A stretch of 64,000 bases of DNA, taken from a virus. The translations under genes and the position numbers were made by a program. Location: positions 1 through 64,000 of the IMG/VR virus record IMGVR_UViG_3300028195_000001; one strand, written 5' to 3'. A model generated the notes under the pieces. That model saw only the letters and a program-made list of their open reading frames with translations, did not search any database and was not told the origin of the DNA. Of this stretch, positions 1 through 8,802 are shown one piece after another (position 1 is the first letter of the stretch; every line of letters begins with the position of its first letter).

Positions 1-225
1 TGTTGCGGTTGCTACATCCATAGGTGCATTGATACTACCTGGAACTGCGGTAGGTTGCAACCCCAAAGCTGTTGCGGTTGCTACATCCATAGGTGCATTG
101 ATACTACCTGGAACTGCGGTAGGTTGTAACCCCAAAGCTGTTGCGGTTGCTACATCCATAGGTGCATTGATACTACCGGGAACTGCGGTAGGCTGTAACC
201 CCGTAGCTGTTGCGGTTGCTACACT
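1..225. repeat. 69-bp tandem repeat, 3 full copies plus a partial one; may continue left of the window
   Basis: Units at 1-69, 70-138 and 139-207 are near-identical (tgttgcggttgctacatccataggtgcattgatactacc.ggaactgcggtagg.tg.aacccc...gc), and a fourth starts at 208. On the minus strand each unit encodes TAVPGSINAPMDVATATALGLQP. Confidence 0.9.
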
Positions 226-918
226 TAGACCGATACTTTGTGGCCCAGTTACCGAAGGTACTCCTATCGTAAAAATACGTGGGTAATAAATACGCGGGTG
301 ATCTTGTACCACCGTTTGGGTAACAGATACCGTTCCACCTGCACAACGATCAATTAATGAGTTTACCATTGGTGTATAACTTACAGGACTAGATCGTACA
401 CAGAATGGACTAACCCCGTTACCAAGTGCTTCAATTTCATCGCTGCTAAGAATGCGATCAAAAATAGCTGCTTCAGCAAGCATTCCATCCCAACAATGCG
501 CGTAATTACCTATATACACCGCATTACTGTTGCTATCCGCTGTTCCCGATGGAGTAGCTATTTCACTTATGCTAATAGACGAACCATTGAAATACATAAC
601 CGGATTATTAGCAACATCACTGTTATCATATGTAATCGCCACATGATGCCAAAGCGAATCAATCCACGTTTGCGCACTCGCTGATCGCCATTTTCCATCT
701 GTTCCACTAAACCAATGCTGAAACTCAGGGCTTCCCCCACCCAAATTGCGCAGGAAAAACTCATTGTTCTTGTACAGCATATTGCCGCCAGCGCCCTCAC
801 CAAGCCCCTGCATGTACGTCCAGATGGATAACGTAATCTGCGAATTATTGCCTGTGTACGCGGTAATAATCTGGTCGTTGTTATCAACGCCCCAGGTTGA
901 ACCAAATCCACGAGCCAT
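1..918 (-). CDS. LamG/concanavalin-A-like fold protein with C-terminal 23-aa tandem repeats (partial; 3' end lies left of the window)
   Basis: My own minus-strand translation from ATG 916-918 (CTAATG context overlapping the stop of 918..1397) stays open for 306 codons to base 1, so the ORF is absent from the track. MARGFGSTWG..LSIWTYMQG..WHHVAITYDNSD..VMYFNGSS..AIFDRILSSDEIEALGNG matches the LamG_3-type pattern. Track ORFs 29..286(+) and 567..911(-) are other frames of this gene. Confidence 0.75.
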   Translation of the reverse strand, partial: MARGFGSTWGVDNNDQIITAYTGNNSQITLSIWTYMQGLGEGAGGNMLYKNNEFFLRNLGGGSPEFQHWFSGTDGKWRSASAQTWIDSLWHHVAITYDNSDVANNPVMYFNGSSISISEIATPSGTADSNSNAVYIGNYAHCWDGMLAEAAIFDRILSSDEIEALGNGVSPFCVRSSPVSYTPMVNSLIDRCAGGTVSVTQTVVQDHPRIYYPRIFTIGVPSVTGPQSIGLSVATATATGLQPTAVPGSINAPMDVATATALGLQPTAVPGSINAPMDVATATALGLQPTAVPGSINAPMDVATAT

Positions 919-1397
919 TAGGTTTCTCTAACTTCCACCCGAATCAACTCTGCGTCACCCGTCATCGTATCGCTGGACGCATCACGGGTAATTTTTAGGC
1001 GAAAGGCGTTTCCTTTATCCACACTATCCATATCTGCTCCATCAGTAAAGGCAACCGTGTCTATTACAGGAATACCAGATGTACCTGATGGTGCATTATT
1101 ATCCGCACTATTAACAGCTGCAAACCCATCACTGTCAATATCTTGTGCTACTAAGTTTTCCCAGGCTACATCCCAGTCCACATCTCCTGTAACAGCAACG
1201 GCTGTCCAGTGTAAATACACTGTAACACCTCCGCCACCGTAATGTTGTGGCAGGATACCGGAAAAAATAATTGACTGATTAGTTGTATCATCAAAACTTT
1301 CAACAGGATGTTCATTTCGGGTTGTAAAAACTGACCCATTAGTAGCAGGACTTTCACCGGGAGCAACAAAAGTGCAAAGCGTATCACCTGAAGCCAT
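918..1397 (-). CDS. hypothetical protein (possibly virion/fibre-associated, by adjacency to the LamG gene)
   Basis: 159-aa track ORF. Its TAA stop overlaps the next ATG (TAATG). Composition is Gly/Thr/Asp/Val-rich and beta-like. No diagnostic motif. Confidence 0.55.
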   Translation of the reverse strand: MASGDTLCTFVAPGESPATNGSVFTTRNEHPVESFDDTTNQSIIFSGILPQHYGGGGVTVYLHWTAVAVTGDVDWDVAWENLVAQDIDSDGFAAVNSADNNAPSGTSGIPVIDTVAFTDGADMDSVDKGNAFRLKITRDASSDTMTGDAELIRVEVRET

Positions 1398-1399
1398 GA

Positions 1400-1654
1400 T
1401 TAACCCCCTGCCTGATAACGAGATAACATAACTTCAGCAGCTAACTTAGCTTTTTGGGGTGCTGTTAACCCTGTCCTAGCTGCTGCTGGAATAGTATTAT
1501 TGATCTCGGCTGCTTTTGTATCAAAGTAAAGATCAAGAGCTTCTACCGCTGCGTATAATTCTGCTTTGGTTACATTGATCGTATCTCTGTTGTTTGTCCA
1601 ATGTTTACCCAACGAATGTCGAAGATAAGTTAATTGTGCTGGTGTTAAAGCCAT
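1400..1654 (-). CDS. hypothetical protein
   Basis: 84-aa track ORF packed 2 nt from the next gene. No motif. Confidence 0.5.
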   Translation of the reverse strand: MALTPAQLTYLRHSLGKHWTNNRDTINVTKAELYAAVEALDLYFDTKAAEINNTIPAAARTGLTAPQKAKLAAEVMLSRYQAGG

Positions 1655-1664
1655 TATATTTCTC

Positions 1665-2078
1665 CTACGTACTTACAGTAGCTAACCCATTTACATGCCA
1701 TTGTAATACAATGTCACCACCGTTTGGTGTGATAGGTGCTACCAATTCTAAATAAAGTACCACCGGGTCAGCGCTTTCCGCACCAGCAGTATCCTCCCAG
1801 ATTACAACGGCTTCTGACTGGTCGCCAGAAACACTCGACAAAGTTAGATCATTGGCATCAATTGTTACAGTGGCTACACCAGCTACTACAGTAACATTAA
1901 CGAGTGTGCCTGTTGCAACCCGTCCAGCAGCTGTAATATCATCATAAAAATCATGTGTATCTTTATTCGCTACATAGTCAGCTGAGTCAACCAACGTAGC
2001 TTTCATTGTAGCAGTTGCTAGAGCAATATTACCTTGTAACAAAGACGCTACTGACCTAGTATAAAAGAAACTAGCCAT
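1665..2078 (-). CDS. hypothetical protein
   Basis: 137-aa track ORF with SD AAGAGGAG 7 nt upstream of the ATG. Ala/Thr/Val-rich. No motif recognised. Confidence 0.55.
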   Translation of the reverse strand: MASFFYTRSVASLLQGNIALATATMKATLVDSADYVANKDTHDFYDDITAAGRVATGTLVNVTVVAGVATVTIDANDLTLSSVSGDQSEAVVIWEDTAGAESADPVVLYLELVAPITPNGGDIVLQWHVNGLATVST

Positions 2079-2220
2079 CCTGATTCTCCTCTTTTTTAAC
2101 TTGCAATACTATCTTTAGTTCCAAATGTGCGTGTTCAATTTGAACAATTTGAGTAGGAGGTCTACCTTCAACTTCTACCTCAATAATTGCCAGTACTTCT
2201 TTCTTCTCTTTCTTATCCAC
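2071..2220 (-). CDS. possible 49-aa Lys/Glu-rich miniprotein (GTG start)
   Basis: My own translation is VDKKEKKEVLAIIEVEVEGRPPTQIVQIEHAHLELKIVLQVKKEENQDG. It fills the 2079-2219 gap. The GTG overlaps the upstream TAG (TAGTG), and its stop overlaps the next ATG (ATGGCTAG). Confidence 0.3.
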   Translation of the reverse strand: MDKKEKKEVLAIIEVEVEGRPPTQIVQIEHAHLELKIVLQVKKEENQDG

Positions 2221-2603
2221 TATGCTACAACCTCCAACTCATCTTCTATAGATTTAACATTATAATACAAACGTTCCAAGCGTAAGAAATCACGCACTTG
2301 AACACTCTGGCCTGTACGTCCTATCTCTATTTGCTCCCCTTCGTGTAGGCTACGAAGGGCGGGAAGAACCAACGCAAAAGGAACAACAGCCTTTACGACT
2401 GATTCGATAATTTGTGCAAGCGCGGTGTCTTTGTGTGGCACAAGCTCTAGTTCATCCAGACGAAAGCCTGTGTCAAGAGATTGCCCTGTTGAGTCATTGA
2501 CTAAAATGGCAGGTTCACCATCAACAGTGATAAATTCCCGAATAGTTCCGATTTGCCCAGAACGTATATGAACAACCTCATCACCGATACTAATCTGTGC
2601 CAT
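2220..2603 (-). CDS. hypothetical protein
   Basis: 127-aa track ORF overlapping the upstream gene by 14 nt. No motif. Confidence 0.5.
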   Translation of the reverse strand: MAQISIGDEVVHIRSGQIGTIREFITVDGEPAILVNDSTGQSLDTGFRLDELELVPHKDTALAQIIESVVKAVVPFALVLPALRSLHEGEQIEIGRTGQSVQVRDFLRLERLYYNVKSIEDELEVVA

Positions 2604-2805
2604 GTCTTAACTCCTCATTCCTCATGTGGATGAAATTCACCATCATGTCAGACGGTCTCACATTGTCGGGAGGGATGATGTCGAACTCATAACCTGCTTT
2701 CCAAGCTATGATTTTATTAACCTTTCCCCCATTACGGTGAACATAGTTAACAAAACGCTGGTTATCTGCTTCTTCCCACACCCAACCTTGCATACGTGCA
2801 GTCAT
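2590..2805 (-). CDS. hypothetical protein
   Basis: 71-aa track ORF. AGGAGG lies 4 nt before the ATG, directly downstream of the 2816-2844 promoter. Confidence 0.5.
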   Translation of the reverse strand: MTARMQGWVWEEADNQRFVNYVHRNGGKVNKIIAWKAGYEFDIIPPDNVRPSDMMVNFIHMRNEELRHGTD

Positions 2806-2815
2806 CTGTCCTCCT

Positions 2816-2844
2816 ACTATACACTACTATTACGAATTTGTCAA
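2816..2844 (-). promoter_or_regulatory. sigma70-type promoter (TTGACA-N17-TATAGT)
   Basis: Minus strand: TTGACA (2839-2844), 17-nt spacer, TATAGT (2816-2821). Only 10 nt (AGGAGGACAG) separate the -10 from ATG 2805, so the transcript would be nearly leaderless. Confidence 0.55.
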
Positions 2845-2876
2845 GCGATTCTTCCGGAATGTACAAATAGATGGTT

Positions 2877-3119
2877 TCAGAAGTTTGATAGAAAGTTATG
2901 CGAGATTTCTACTTCACCGTCTGTTACCGTTAGAAAGAGCATCCCGTTTACATATGATCTAAACGTTCCTGGTCTACGTGTTCGTACACATTCCCTAATC
3001 AAGTCGTCTGGGGTAGGGTACAACGGAATGACATGAGGGTGTAAAACGTGTACATTCTTTACTTTCTCACGTCCATCAGGCATTACTTCTCGGAAATCTT
3101 GCTCATAGTAATCAGACAT
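2877..3119 (-). CDS. hypothetical protein
   Basis: 80-aa track ORF starting 2 nt after the primase-helicase stop. Confidence 0.5.
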   Translation of the reverse strand: MSDYYEQDFREVMPDGREKVKNVHVLHPHVIPLYPTPDDLIRECVRTRRPGTFRSYVNGMLFLTVTDGEVEISHNFLSNF

Positions 3120-3121
3120 CG

Positions 3122-6100
3122 TTATCTCCTTTTAGTTGGGAAAGTGACACCTAGTTCACGTTCCGCTTCTTTCTTAGCTTTGGTATACATTGACGTACCA
3201 CACGAGAACTTCGAGAGAATGTCCTTACGTCGTGGAACATCATTAGTTTCATTCCAGGTTGCGATCATAAAATCTTTCACGCGGCTGGCTTTACTCTCAC
3301 CTCTGTAGAAATCTAATGCCGCCCGTTTGGTTTTGATCTCATCCACAAAGTTACCCGCTGGTCGGGAAGCAAATACATACACATGCTTTTCTTCGTTTGT
3401 TGCATGTGGACGAATACGTTCCTGACACTGTATCATCTCACCTATCTCGTAATCATCTGCGAACTTACGGGCAAAGGGATGAGTGAACGTGTAATGAGTA
3501 TGCCCTGCGTTCTTAGTATGGTACGGAGAGGGCAGGTAGCTCATCTCGTATGGGATAGGCTCATCTAACTCAAGTAAGCTCCCCCATGCCTGTATACGCC
3601 GCCACATGACGTTGTAAGGCATACGTGGTAAACCTATCATGACTGCTGCCGGAACGTCCTTGAATTTGTTAGTACCCCGCAGAGAGCCATAATGCCCCCA
3701 GTGTAACCTAGCTGCTGCATCTGGGTACGCTTCTTCAAACAGTTCCTTCAACACCCCGACTATACGTTTGTGGGTAACTACCAGTAGTTCAGGATGACGT
3801 TCTGCCAACACCTTAACTACATCTCGTGCGTCTTTGATAATAGGCGCGTCATAGAGCTTGTCCTTCACAGGTAAGGTAGACAGGTCGAGTTCCTGACCTT
3901 TAATGTCAAGTATTGGGTACTCAATTCTACGTTGACGTTCCCGCAACTCTTTACCTATCTGCTGCTCAATAGTGCTTAATGTCCAGTCACTCCCATGAAA
4001 CACCGTAGTTGTCGCATTAGGATTGTTGATGACGGGTTGAAACACTTCCACCGTCCGACCAAACATAGCTTCATAGAGTTCTTCCATCATCCCGGTAGCG
4101 TTAGCTGCTATAACAGGTGTGTTAGAACTTATACGTACCTTAGCCATCGGGTAAACCTCTAGTTTACCCGATACCAAGTGTATGCGACTGGGGAGCTTGT
4201 TCTCTGGGTCAGCTACATAAGATGCTATCTCCAACTTGATGGCATCGTAAACAAAAGGTACACAACGGGGGAGGACTTGATCTGGGTCATCCCCCAGGTA
4301 CTCCGGTTGGTAATATGTATGCAAATCGTTAGACGATATAAGATCAATTGTCTCAGCAAGTTTTTCCTGCATTTGCGAATCCAAAATTTTCAGGAAGCCT
4401 GCCCCAGAAATCATATCATTTTGTCCTACATTGGTGTTCATTACCAGACGCAGGGACGTAATGAGTTGCTCAATAGCGTCCAACGTTACCTGTTCCACAT
4501 CTAATTCCCAACCATCTCTGTGCGGGTACATCTCTCGTGCCTCACACACCATCGGGTCTTCCAGAACGTGGAAAGGTGATTCATCAACTACCACCAAGTT
4601 TTTGTAATCGTTAGCCAGAGAACCTTTGACCAAACTCTGGTGACGAAATACAGTGATTGGTTTTTCCTTGCGTGTCTCATTCTGTGAGAGATACCCTGCT
4701 TTAACACATGCGCCTTTGAACGGACAAGCTATCTCACAGAACTTACCAACGTTGTGATTGTTTGCTCCCAGGCGTTGCGCCATAGGAAAGTTTTGACAGT
4801 TCTCAATATCGCGTGCCTTGAAGTTAAACCACAGATTAGGGTTCGCACCTGCTTCCATAACATCTTCGTAGGCCACACGGAAAGGGGACACCCACATGAT
4901 AGACGTGAAAGAGAAATTATCCAGACGATCTTTCATCTTCCGCTTCTGGTCTATCATCAGATCACGTTCATCTGTGTCAACCCATTCACCTGTCGAGATT
5001 TCTTCTCCCAGGTTTTCAATCTGCTGTTCCAAGTCGGTACGTTCCACCAGCTTGTCAGCGTATGCTTCTCTAGCCATACGTTCCGCTACCCGTACTAACG
5101 TGTGCGTTTTACCTGCACCTGGGCCGGGGCGTAACAGAAGCATAACCCCTCTGCCCCGAACTGTTTTGCTATCATACTCATCCAAGAATCGAACAATACG
5201 ATGACGTAGGGAACGAGTACCTTCTCCCCGAATTTCCTGCAACGGTATCGGGTCTACTGTTTCGGGAACGTGGTCAGACTTTATCGCTGTGTAGTCTGGG
5301 ATAAACTCAGACTTCAAAGGTGCTGGCGACAAGGGAGCAACGTCTAATGTCTTAACACTATCCTCAAGGAATGAAATAATACCAGTTCCAAGAGCGACGT
5401 ATATATCAGTAAGGTCGTATTTAGAGGGTAAATCCCCCCATTGAATAGCCTTAACTTCCTCAAACCCTATGTCTTTCGCCCACCCAGATACGTTGGTGTT
5501 AAACGTTTCACCGGGTTCGTCATTGTCACCCAGTACCCAGATACGTTTGAAACCTGCGTCGTAAAGCGCCTGAGTTTTATGGTAACTCCAACTACTAGCA
5601 CCAAACGATGACGCAATATTACGATAACCTGCGTCCCACAAAGTTACCGAATCTTTTTCACCTTCTGTCAACAGGATAAGGTCATCATCTGGGTTGTCTT
5701 GGATTAACCAGAAGTAGTCCCTACGACTACCTGAGAGTGATACAGAACCTTTCCAAGTCTCATGTCGAAAGGTTGGATACCACCAGTCACCTGTTTCTGT
5801 AGCGGTACGCACATACGTTGGTATAACGTTTGCTAATTGACCTCTATAAGATGACAAACCTAGTTTGAAGTGGTTAATAGTTTCGTCCGACCAACCAAAC
5901 TGATACCAATAGTCACGCTGGACTTGCATGTGCGCTTGAATAACATCCCATTCAGACCAAAATTGAATAGGTCTATCAGATATTACACTAGGTTGTATGT
6001 CATAGAACGATGGTTCTACATCAAAAGACAACCCGGCTGACTCAAGGTATTGCAGAAGTTCTGGGTAAGTATGTCTGTGCTTACGTCCTTCGTTGTAGCA

Positions 6101-6301
6101 ACGACTACACCATACATGGTCATTGCGCCATACTAGACGGTCATCCCCAACAAAGGTAATGTCATTAACAGTCCACACATCCCCGTCTGTAACATCGGGA
6201 GAACAAAAAGGACAGGGTGATCTAAATAATCTGTCACCTTGTCCTTCTTCTACTTCCGGGAAATAGGAAGTTAAATCGTGCAGCGATCTGATAACGCTCA
6301 T
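3122..6301 (-). CDS. DNA primase (zinc ribbon + TOPRIM) fused to a P-loop NTPase/helicase domain
   Basis: 1059 aa. N-terminal CPFC..CSRC zinc ribbon. TOPRIM signature LLTEGEKDSVTLWDAG ... WVLGDNDEPGETF (E and DxD). Walker A LLLRPGPGAGKTHTL and Walker B LVVVDESP in the C-terminal half. Confidence 0.85.
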   Translation of the reverse strand: MSVIRSLHDLTSYFPEVEEGQGDRLFRSPCPFCSPDVTDGDVWTVNDITFVGDDRLVWRNDHVWCSRCYNEGRKHRHTYPELLQYLESAGLSFDVEPSFYDIQPSVISDRPIQFWSEWDVIQAHMQVQRDYWYQFGWSDETINHFKLGLSSYRGQLANVIPTYVRTATETGDWWYPTFRHETWKGSVSLSGSRRDYFWLIQDNPDDDLILLTEGEKDSVTLWDAGYRNIASSFGASSWSYHKTQALYDAGFKRIWVLGDNDEPGETFNTNVSGWAKDIGFEEVKAIQWGDLPSKYDLTDIYVALGTGIISFLEDSVKTLDVAPLSPAPLKSEFIPDYTAIKSDHVPETVDPIPLQEIRGEGTRSLRHRIVRFLDEYDSKTVRGRGVMLLLRPGPGAGKTHTLVRVAERMAREAYADKLVERTDLEQQIENLGEEISTGEWVDTDERDLMIDQKRKMKDRLDNFSFTSIMWVSPFRVAYEDVMEAGANPNLWFNFKARDIENCQNFPMAQRLGANNHNVGKFCEIACPFKGACVKAGYLSQNETRKEKPITVFRHQSLVKGSLANDYKNLVVVDESPFHVLEDPMVCEAREMYPHRDGWELDVEQVTLDAIEQLITSLRLVMNTNVGQNDMISGAGFLKILDSQMQEKLAETIDLISSNDLHTYYQPEYLGDDPDQVLPRCVPFVYDAIKLEIASYVADPENKLPSRIHLVSGKLEVYPMAKVRISSNTPVIAANATGMMEELYEAMFGRTVEVFQPVINNPNATTTVFHGSDWTLSTIEQQIGKELRERQRRIEYPILDIKGQELDLSTLPVKDKLYDAPIIKDARDVVKVLAERHPELLVVTHKRIVGVLKELFEEAYPDAAARLHWGHYGSLRGTNKFKDVPAAVMIGLPRMPYNVMWRRIQAWGSLLELDEPIPYEMSYLPSPYHTKNAGHTHYTFTHPFARKFADDYEIGEMIQCQERIRPHATNEEKHVYVFASRPAGNFVDEIKTKRAALDFYRGESKASRVKDFMIATWNETNDVPRRKDILSKFSCGTSMYTKAKKEAERELGVTFPTKRR

Positions 6302-6344
6302 GCTTAACCTGTCCAGTTTGTAAGATGCGTGTGGGAGTGCTATT

Positions 6345-6373
6345 ATACTACCACAGATCGGGCAGAAAGGGAA
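6345..6373 (-). promoter_or_regulatory. candidate promoter for the primase-helicase gene (weak -35, extended -10)
   Basis: Minus strand: CTGTGGTAGTATAAT. This TGG + TAGTAT/TATAAT arrangement matches the CTGTGG-TAnnnT seen at the stronger promoters. The -35 position reads TTCCCT (poor). Confidence 0.35.
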
Positions 6374-6420
6374 GATAGAGTTATCATTAGAAGGTTAATT
6401 AGAAGTTGTTCTCAGGGATT

Positions 6421-6449
6421 AAAAAGCCCTGCATGTTACACAGGGCTTT
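6421..6449 (-). terminator. rho-independent terminator after 6475..7680
   Basis: Stem AAAGCCCTG/CAGGGCTTT (6423-6431 / 6441-6449) with a 9-nt loop. On the minus strand it is followed by TTTTT (6421-6425). It lies 26 nt past the stop. Confidence 0.7.
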
Positions 6450-6474
6450 TATGTTATCGAGTGTTACGGCTGAA

Positions 6475-7680
6475 CTAGAACGGGTTAACCGCGTCTTCGG
6501 GAATTTCTTCCGGCATGTCGCCACTGGGTAGTGACTGTTGTGCCGTAGGAGCAGGCAGAGCGTTCAAACGTTGTTCTGCCAAACCCATAAACATGAACAG
6601 ATCGCGCCAACCATCCTGTGAATACACTGTCGATACCATTTGCAGGTAAGCGGCATATTCTTCGTCCGTCAACTGGCGAGTACCCATTTCCACCGTCTTG
6701 CCACCGTCTACACCTTGAGGACGTGCTTCCGGGTTAAGCACCGGAATGGATTCAACTTCACCGTCCAACAGAGTAAACTCAGTGATTGCCGTAGGCGGTG
6801 TAAAGTTGTTCAACGATACAGTCAACCGAGCAGCATACACAGGAGCGTGCGGATTGTCCATCGTAGGCCGACCTTCAGGACGATTGCGGAAACAAGGTGT
6901 GTCCGTACCATCCAGCTTGCCGATATACGAGAACGGGTTCTGGATACCCAGAAGTTCTTGACCGTCATAGCGACGACCAGTGTTCCCACGATGTCCCACG
7001 AGTGCCAACTGATTACCTACGTTCACACCCTTAATCGACATCAATTCGCGGCGGTCAATGTCCCACACAATGTACGTAAAGGTTTCACGACACATCGGAG
7101 GAGCTTTGCTACCGTCCGGCTTAGTAACCCACTGACCAAACGGGCAAGTCAGGCAAGGGAAGTCAACTTTTTCCACGCCGTTTTCACCATGAGCGTATCC
7201 GATCTTATGAGTCACACCCATGCGATAGTCATACACTTCTTGACCATCGTTGCTGAACCAGGGGAGGAAACCATTAGGCGTTGAGCATACAGGACGTTGT
7301 GCAGAACTCACACGCCGACCTTCGTTGTCAAACTGCCACATGGTACGTCCACCAACACCACCGGCCTCCACCGCAGACTTGGTAACGGGGTTTTCCCACA
7401 TCCAGTCTACTGCGTTCAGACGATGCCACACTAGCGAATCTACCAACAAGAAATCCAGGTGTTGAACTTCTTCCACGTTTGCTGCATCATTATCGTCGTT
7501 GATAATAATGCTACCGAATGCACCTACCCACGTTTGAGAGTTCCGTTGCGGAATTTCAATGCGGCGAATGCGCGGGGTCTGCCGACGCTCATTAGCGAAC
7601 ACATCGGGGTTGCCCATTTTTTCTTCATTTGCAAGTGCCTGAGCAAGATAATCAGGCATGTCGTTAGTTGTTGCACCCAT
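6475..7680 (-). CDS. hypothetical protein with an SSB-like acidic C-terminal tail (...DMPEEIPEDAVNPF)
   Basis: Track ORF 6475..7722. Start reassigned to ATG 7678-7680, preceded by AAGGAGAAACTCTAATG. The gene has its own promoter (7713-7741) and terminator. The acidic tail ending in PF resembles SSB/gp2.5-type tails, but there is no other motif. Confidence 0.55.
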   Translation of the reverse strand: MGATTNDMPDYLAQALANEEKMGNPDVFANERRQTPRIRRIEIPQRNSQTWVGAFGSIIINDDNDAANVEEVQHLDFLLVDSLVWHRLNAVDWMWENPVTKSAVEAGGVGGRTMWQFDNEGRRVSSAQRPVCSTPNGFLPWFSNDGQEVYDYRMGVTHKIGYAHGENGVEKVDFPCLTCPFGQWVTKPDGSKAPPMCRETFTYIVWDIDRRELMSIKGVNVGNQLALVGHRGNTGRRYDGQELLGIQNPFSYIGKLDGTDTPCFRNRPEGRPTMDNPHAPVYAARLTVSLNNFTPPTAITEFTLLDGEVESIPVLNPEARPQGVDGGKTVEMGTRQLTDEEYAAYLQMVSTVYSQDGWRDLFMFMGLAEQRLNALPAPTAQQSLPSGDMPEEIPEDAVNPF

Positions 7681-7712
7681 TAGAGTTTCTCCTTGATTTA
7701 TTGATTGACTAT

Positions 7713-7741
7713 AGCTTATCACAGAATTAGAAATTTGTCAA
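7713..7741 (-). promoter_or_regulatory. sigma70-type promoter (TTGACA-N17-TGaTAAGCT)
   Basis: Minus strand: TTGACA 7736-7741, 17-nt spacer, TAAGCT 7713-7718, with TG at -15/-14. Confidence 0.65.
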
Positions 7742-7742
7742 G

Positions 7743-7871
7743 TTAGGATTTGGTTGCTTGTTCTTCTTGCCACTCTTTTAATGCTTGCAACTCCTCATCC
7801 GTTAGACCGAACAACACCTCACACGCCGCACAAGAATCTGCATCACACGTAGTACATTGTTCATCACCCAT
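7743..7871 (-). CDS. possible 42-aa Cys-rich miniprotein
   Basis: My own translation is MGDEQCTTCDADSCAACEVLFGLTDEELQALKEWQEEQATKS. The start sits in GGAGGATAGTCTAATG and overlaps the upstream TAA. It is below the track size cutoff. Confidence 0.4.
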   Translation of the reverse strand: MGDEQCTTCDADSCAACEVLFGLTDEELQALKEWQEEQATKS

Positions 7872-8254
7872 TAGACTATCCTCCGTAGAATATGGTGGCC
7901 TACACAGCCAATTAACCACTCGAAAGTTCGAGTGGAATATACTAAGTCAAACTTATCATGCTTTGCCCACACCGGGTACAGTTCTTTAACTGCTTCTTCT
8001 GTCACAGGGATAGAAACGTTAGACCATTTAGCATCATCTTCGTCAAACGGGAAGAACTTCTTCTCTATGGTTTGTCTAACAAACTTATCGAAATGCTCTG
8101 TAGTAATATCAGGAGCTAAGTCCATCGCATGTAGACTGTCAATGAAAGGTGACAGAACAGGGTCGTGGAACGTTAGGTACGGTGGAAGTTCCCCCGTTTT
8201 AGGTACTCGATACAGTGTGCAGTAGGTACTCATTCTTTGTTCTCCTTCAACCAC
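7871..8254 (-). CDS. hypothetical protein
   Basis: 127-aa track ORF. No motif. Confidence 0.5.
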   Translation of the reverse strand: MVEGEQRMSTYCTLYRVPKTGELPPYLTFHDPVLSPFIDSLHAMDLAPDITTEHFDKFVRQTIEKKFFPFDEDDAKWSNVSIPVTEEAVKELYPVWAKHDKFDLVYSTRTFEWLIGCVGHHILRRIV

Positions 8255-8415
8255 AGTTCCGTTTCGATAAGCGATTGTTCTAGGTCACTCATTTCTTGGG
8301 AGTAATGGTCTCGCTCAACACTACACGGATAACCGGAGTATTCACGACATGAACCACAACCTTCCGGTGCATCATCAGGCATTGGAATACCACACCAACC
8401 ACATCTATCTTGCAT
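8230..8415 (-). CDS. small Cys-rich (zinc-ribbon-like) protein
   Basis: Track ORF 8230..8448. Start moved to ATG 8413-8415, preceded by GGGAGGAAAACTCTAATG. MQDRCGWCGIPMPDDAPEGCGSCREYSGYPC carries CxxC..CxxC. Confidence 0.5.
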   Translation of the reverse strand: MQDRCGWCGIPMPDDAPEGCGSCREYSGYPCSVERDHYSQEMSDLEQSLIETELWLKENKE

Positions 8416-8785
8416 TAGAGTTTTCCTCCCAGGGTTTGAACCAACCATCTCCGTAACGACGCTTAGGTACTTCCTCCGGTATCATAACACGTTTGATAAT
8501 ATCGTGAATACGACCATACGTGTTATGACTTTTCATAAGGCTCATACGGACACCGCCCCAGAACAAGCTACGCATCTGAACAGTGTCTTGCGGTATACCA
8601 CGATCTTCCACAAATTTTTTCCAGTACGTATGTACGTCATTCGTGCCGACTTCCAAGAACCAAGTCTCTGTGACATGCGTGGCGACTTCTGCACGCACCT
8701 TCCACCACAGACAGTCGCTAGCAGGGCAAAGGATGTCTGTCGTTCCCCACAAACGAATGCGTTCTGCATCGGGGATATTAGCCAT
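8405..8785 (-). CDS. hypothetical protein
   Basis: 126-aa track ORF. SD AAGGAG lies 8 nt upstream of ATG 8783-8785. Confidence 0.55.
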   Translation of the reverse strand: MANIPDAERIRLWGTTDILCPASDCLWWKVRAEVATHVTETWFLEVGTNDVHTYWKKFVEDRGIPQDTVQMRSLFWGGVRMSLMKSHNTYGRIHDIIKRVMIPEEVPKRRYGDGWFKPWEENSNAR

Positions 8786-8802
8786 TACGGTGACTCCTTT
8801 TT

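Noticed and set aside
29-286. 85-aa + strand ORF in the 69-bp repeats, and the 567..911 minus ORF
   Set aside because: Both are alternative frames of the 306-codon LamG-repeat gene, which carries the recognisable domain motifs and the coupled CTAATG start.
6640-7284. 214-aa + strand ORF inside 6475..7680
   Set aside because: It is antisense to a gene bracketed by a promoter and a terminator on the minus strand. It has no start context, and all neighbouring genes are on the minus strand.
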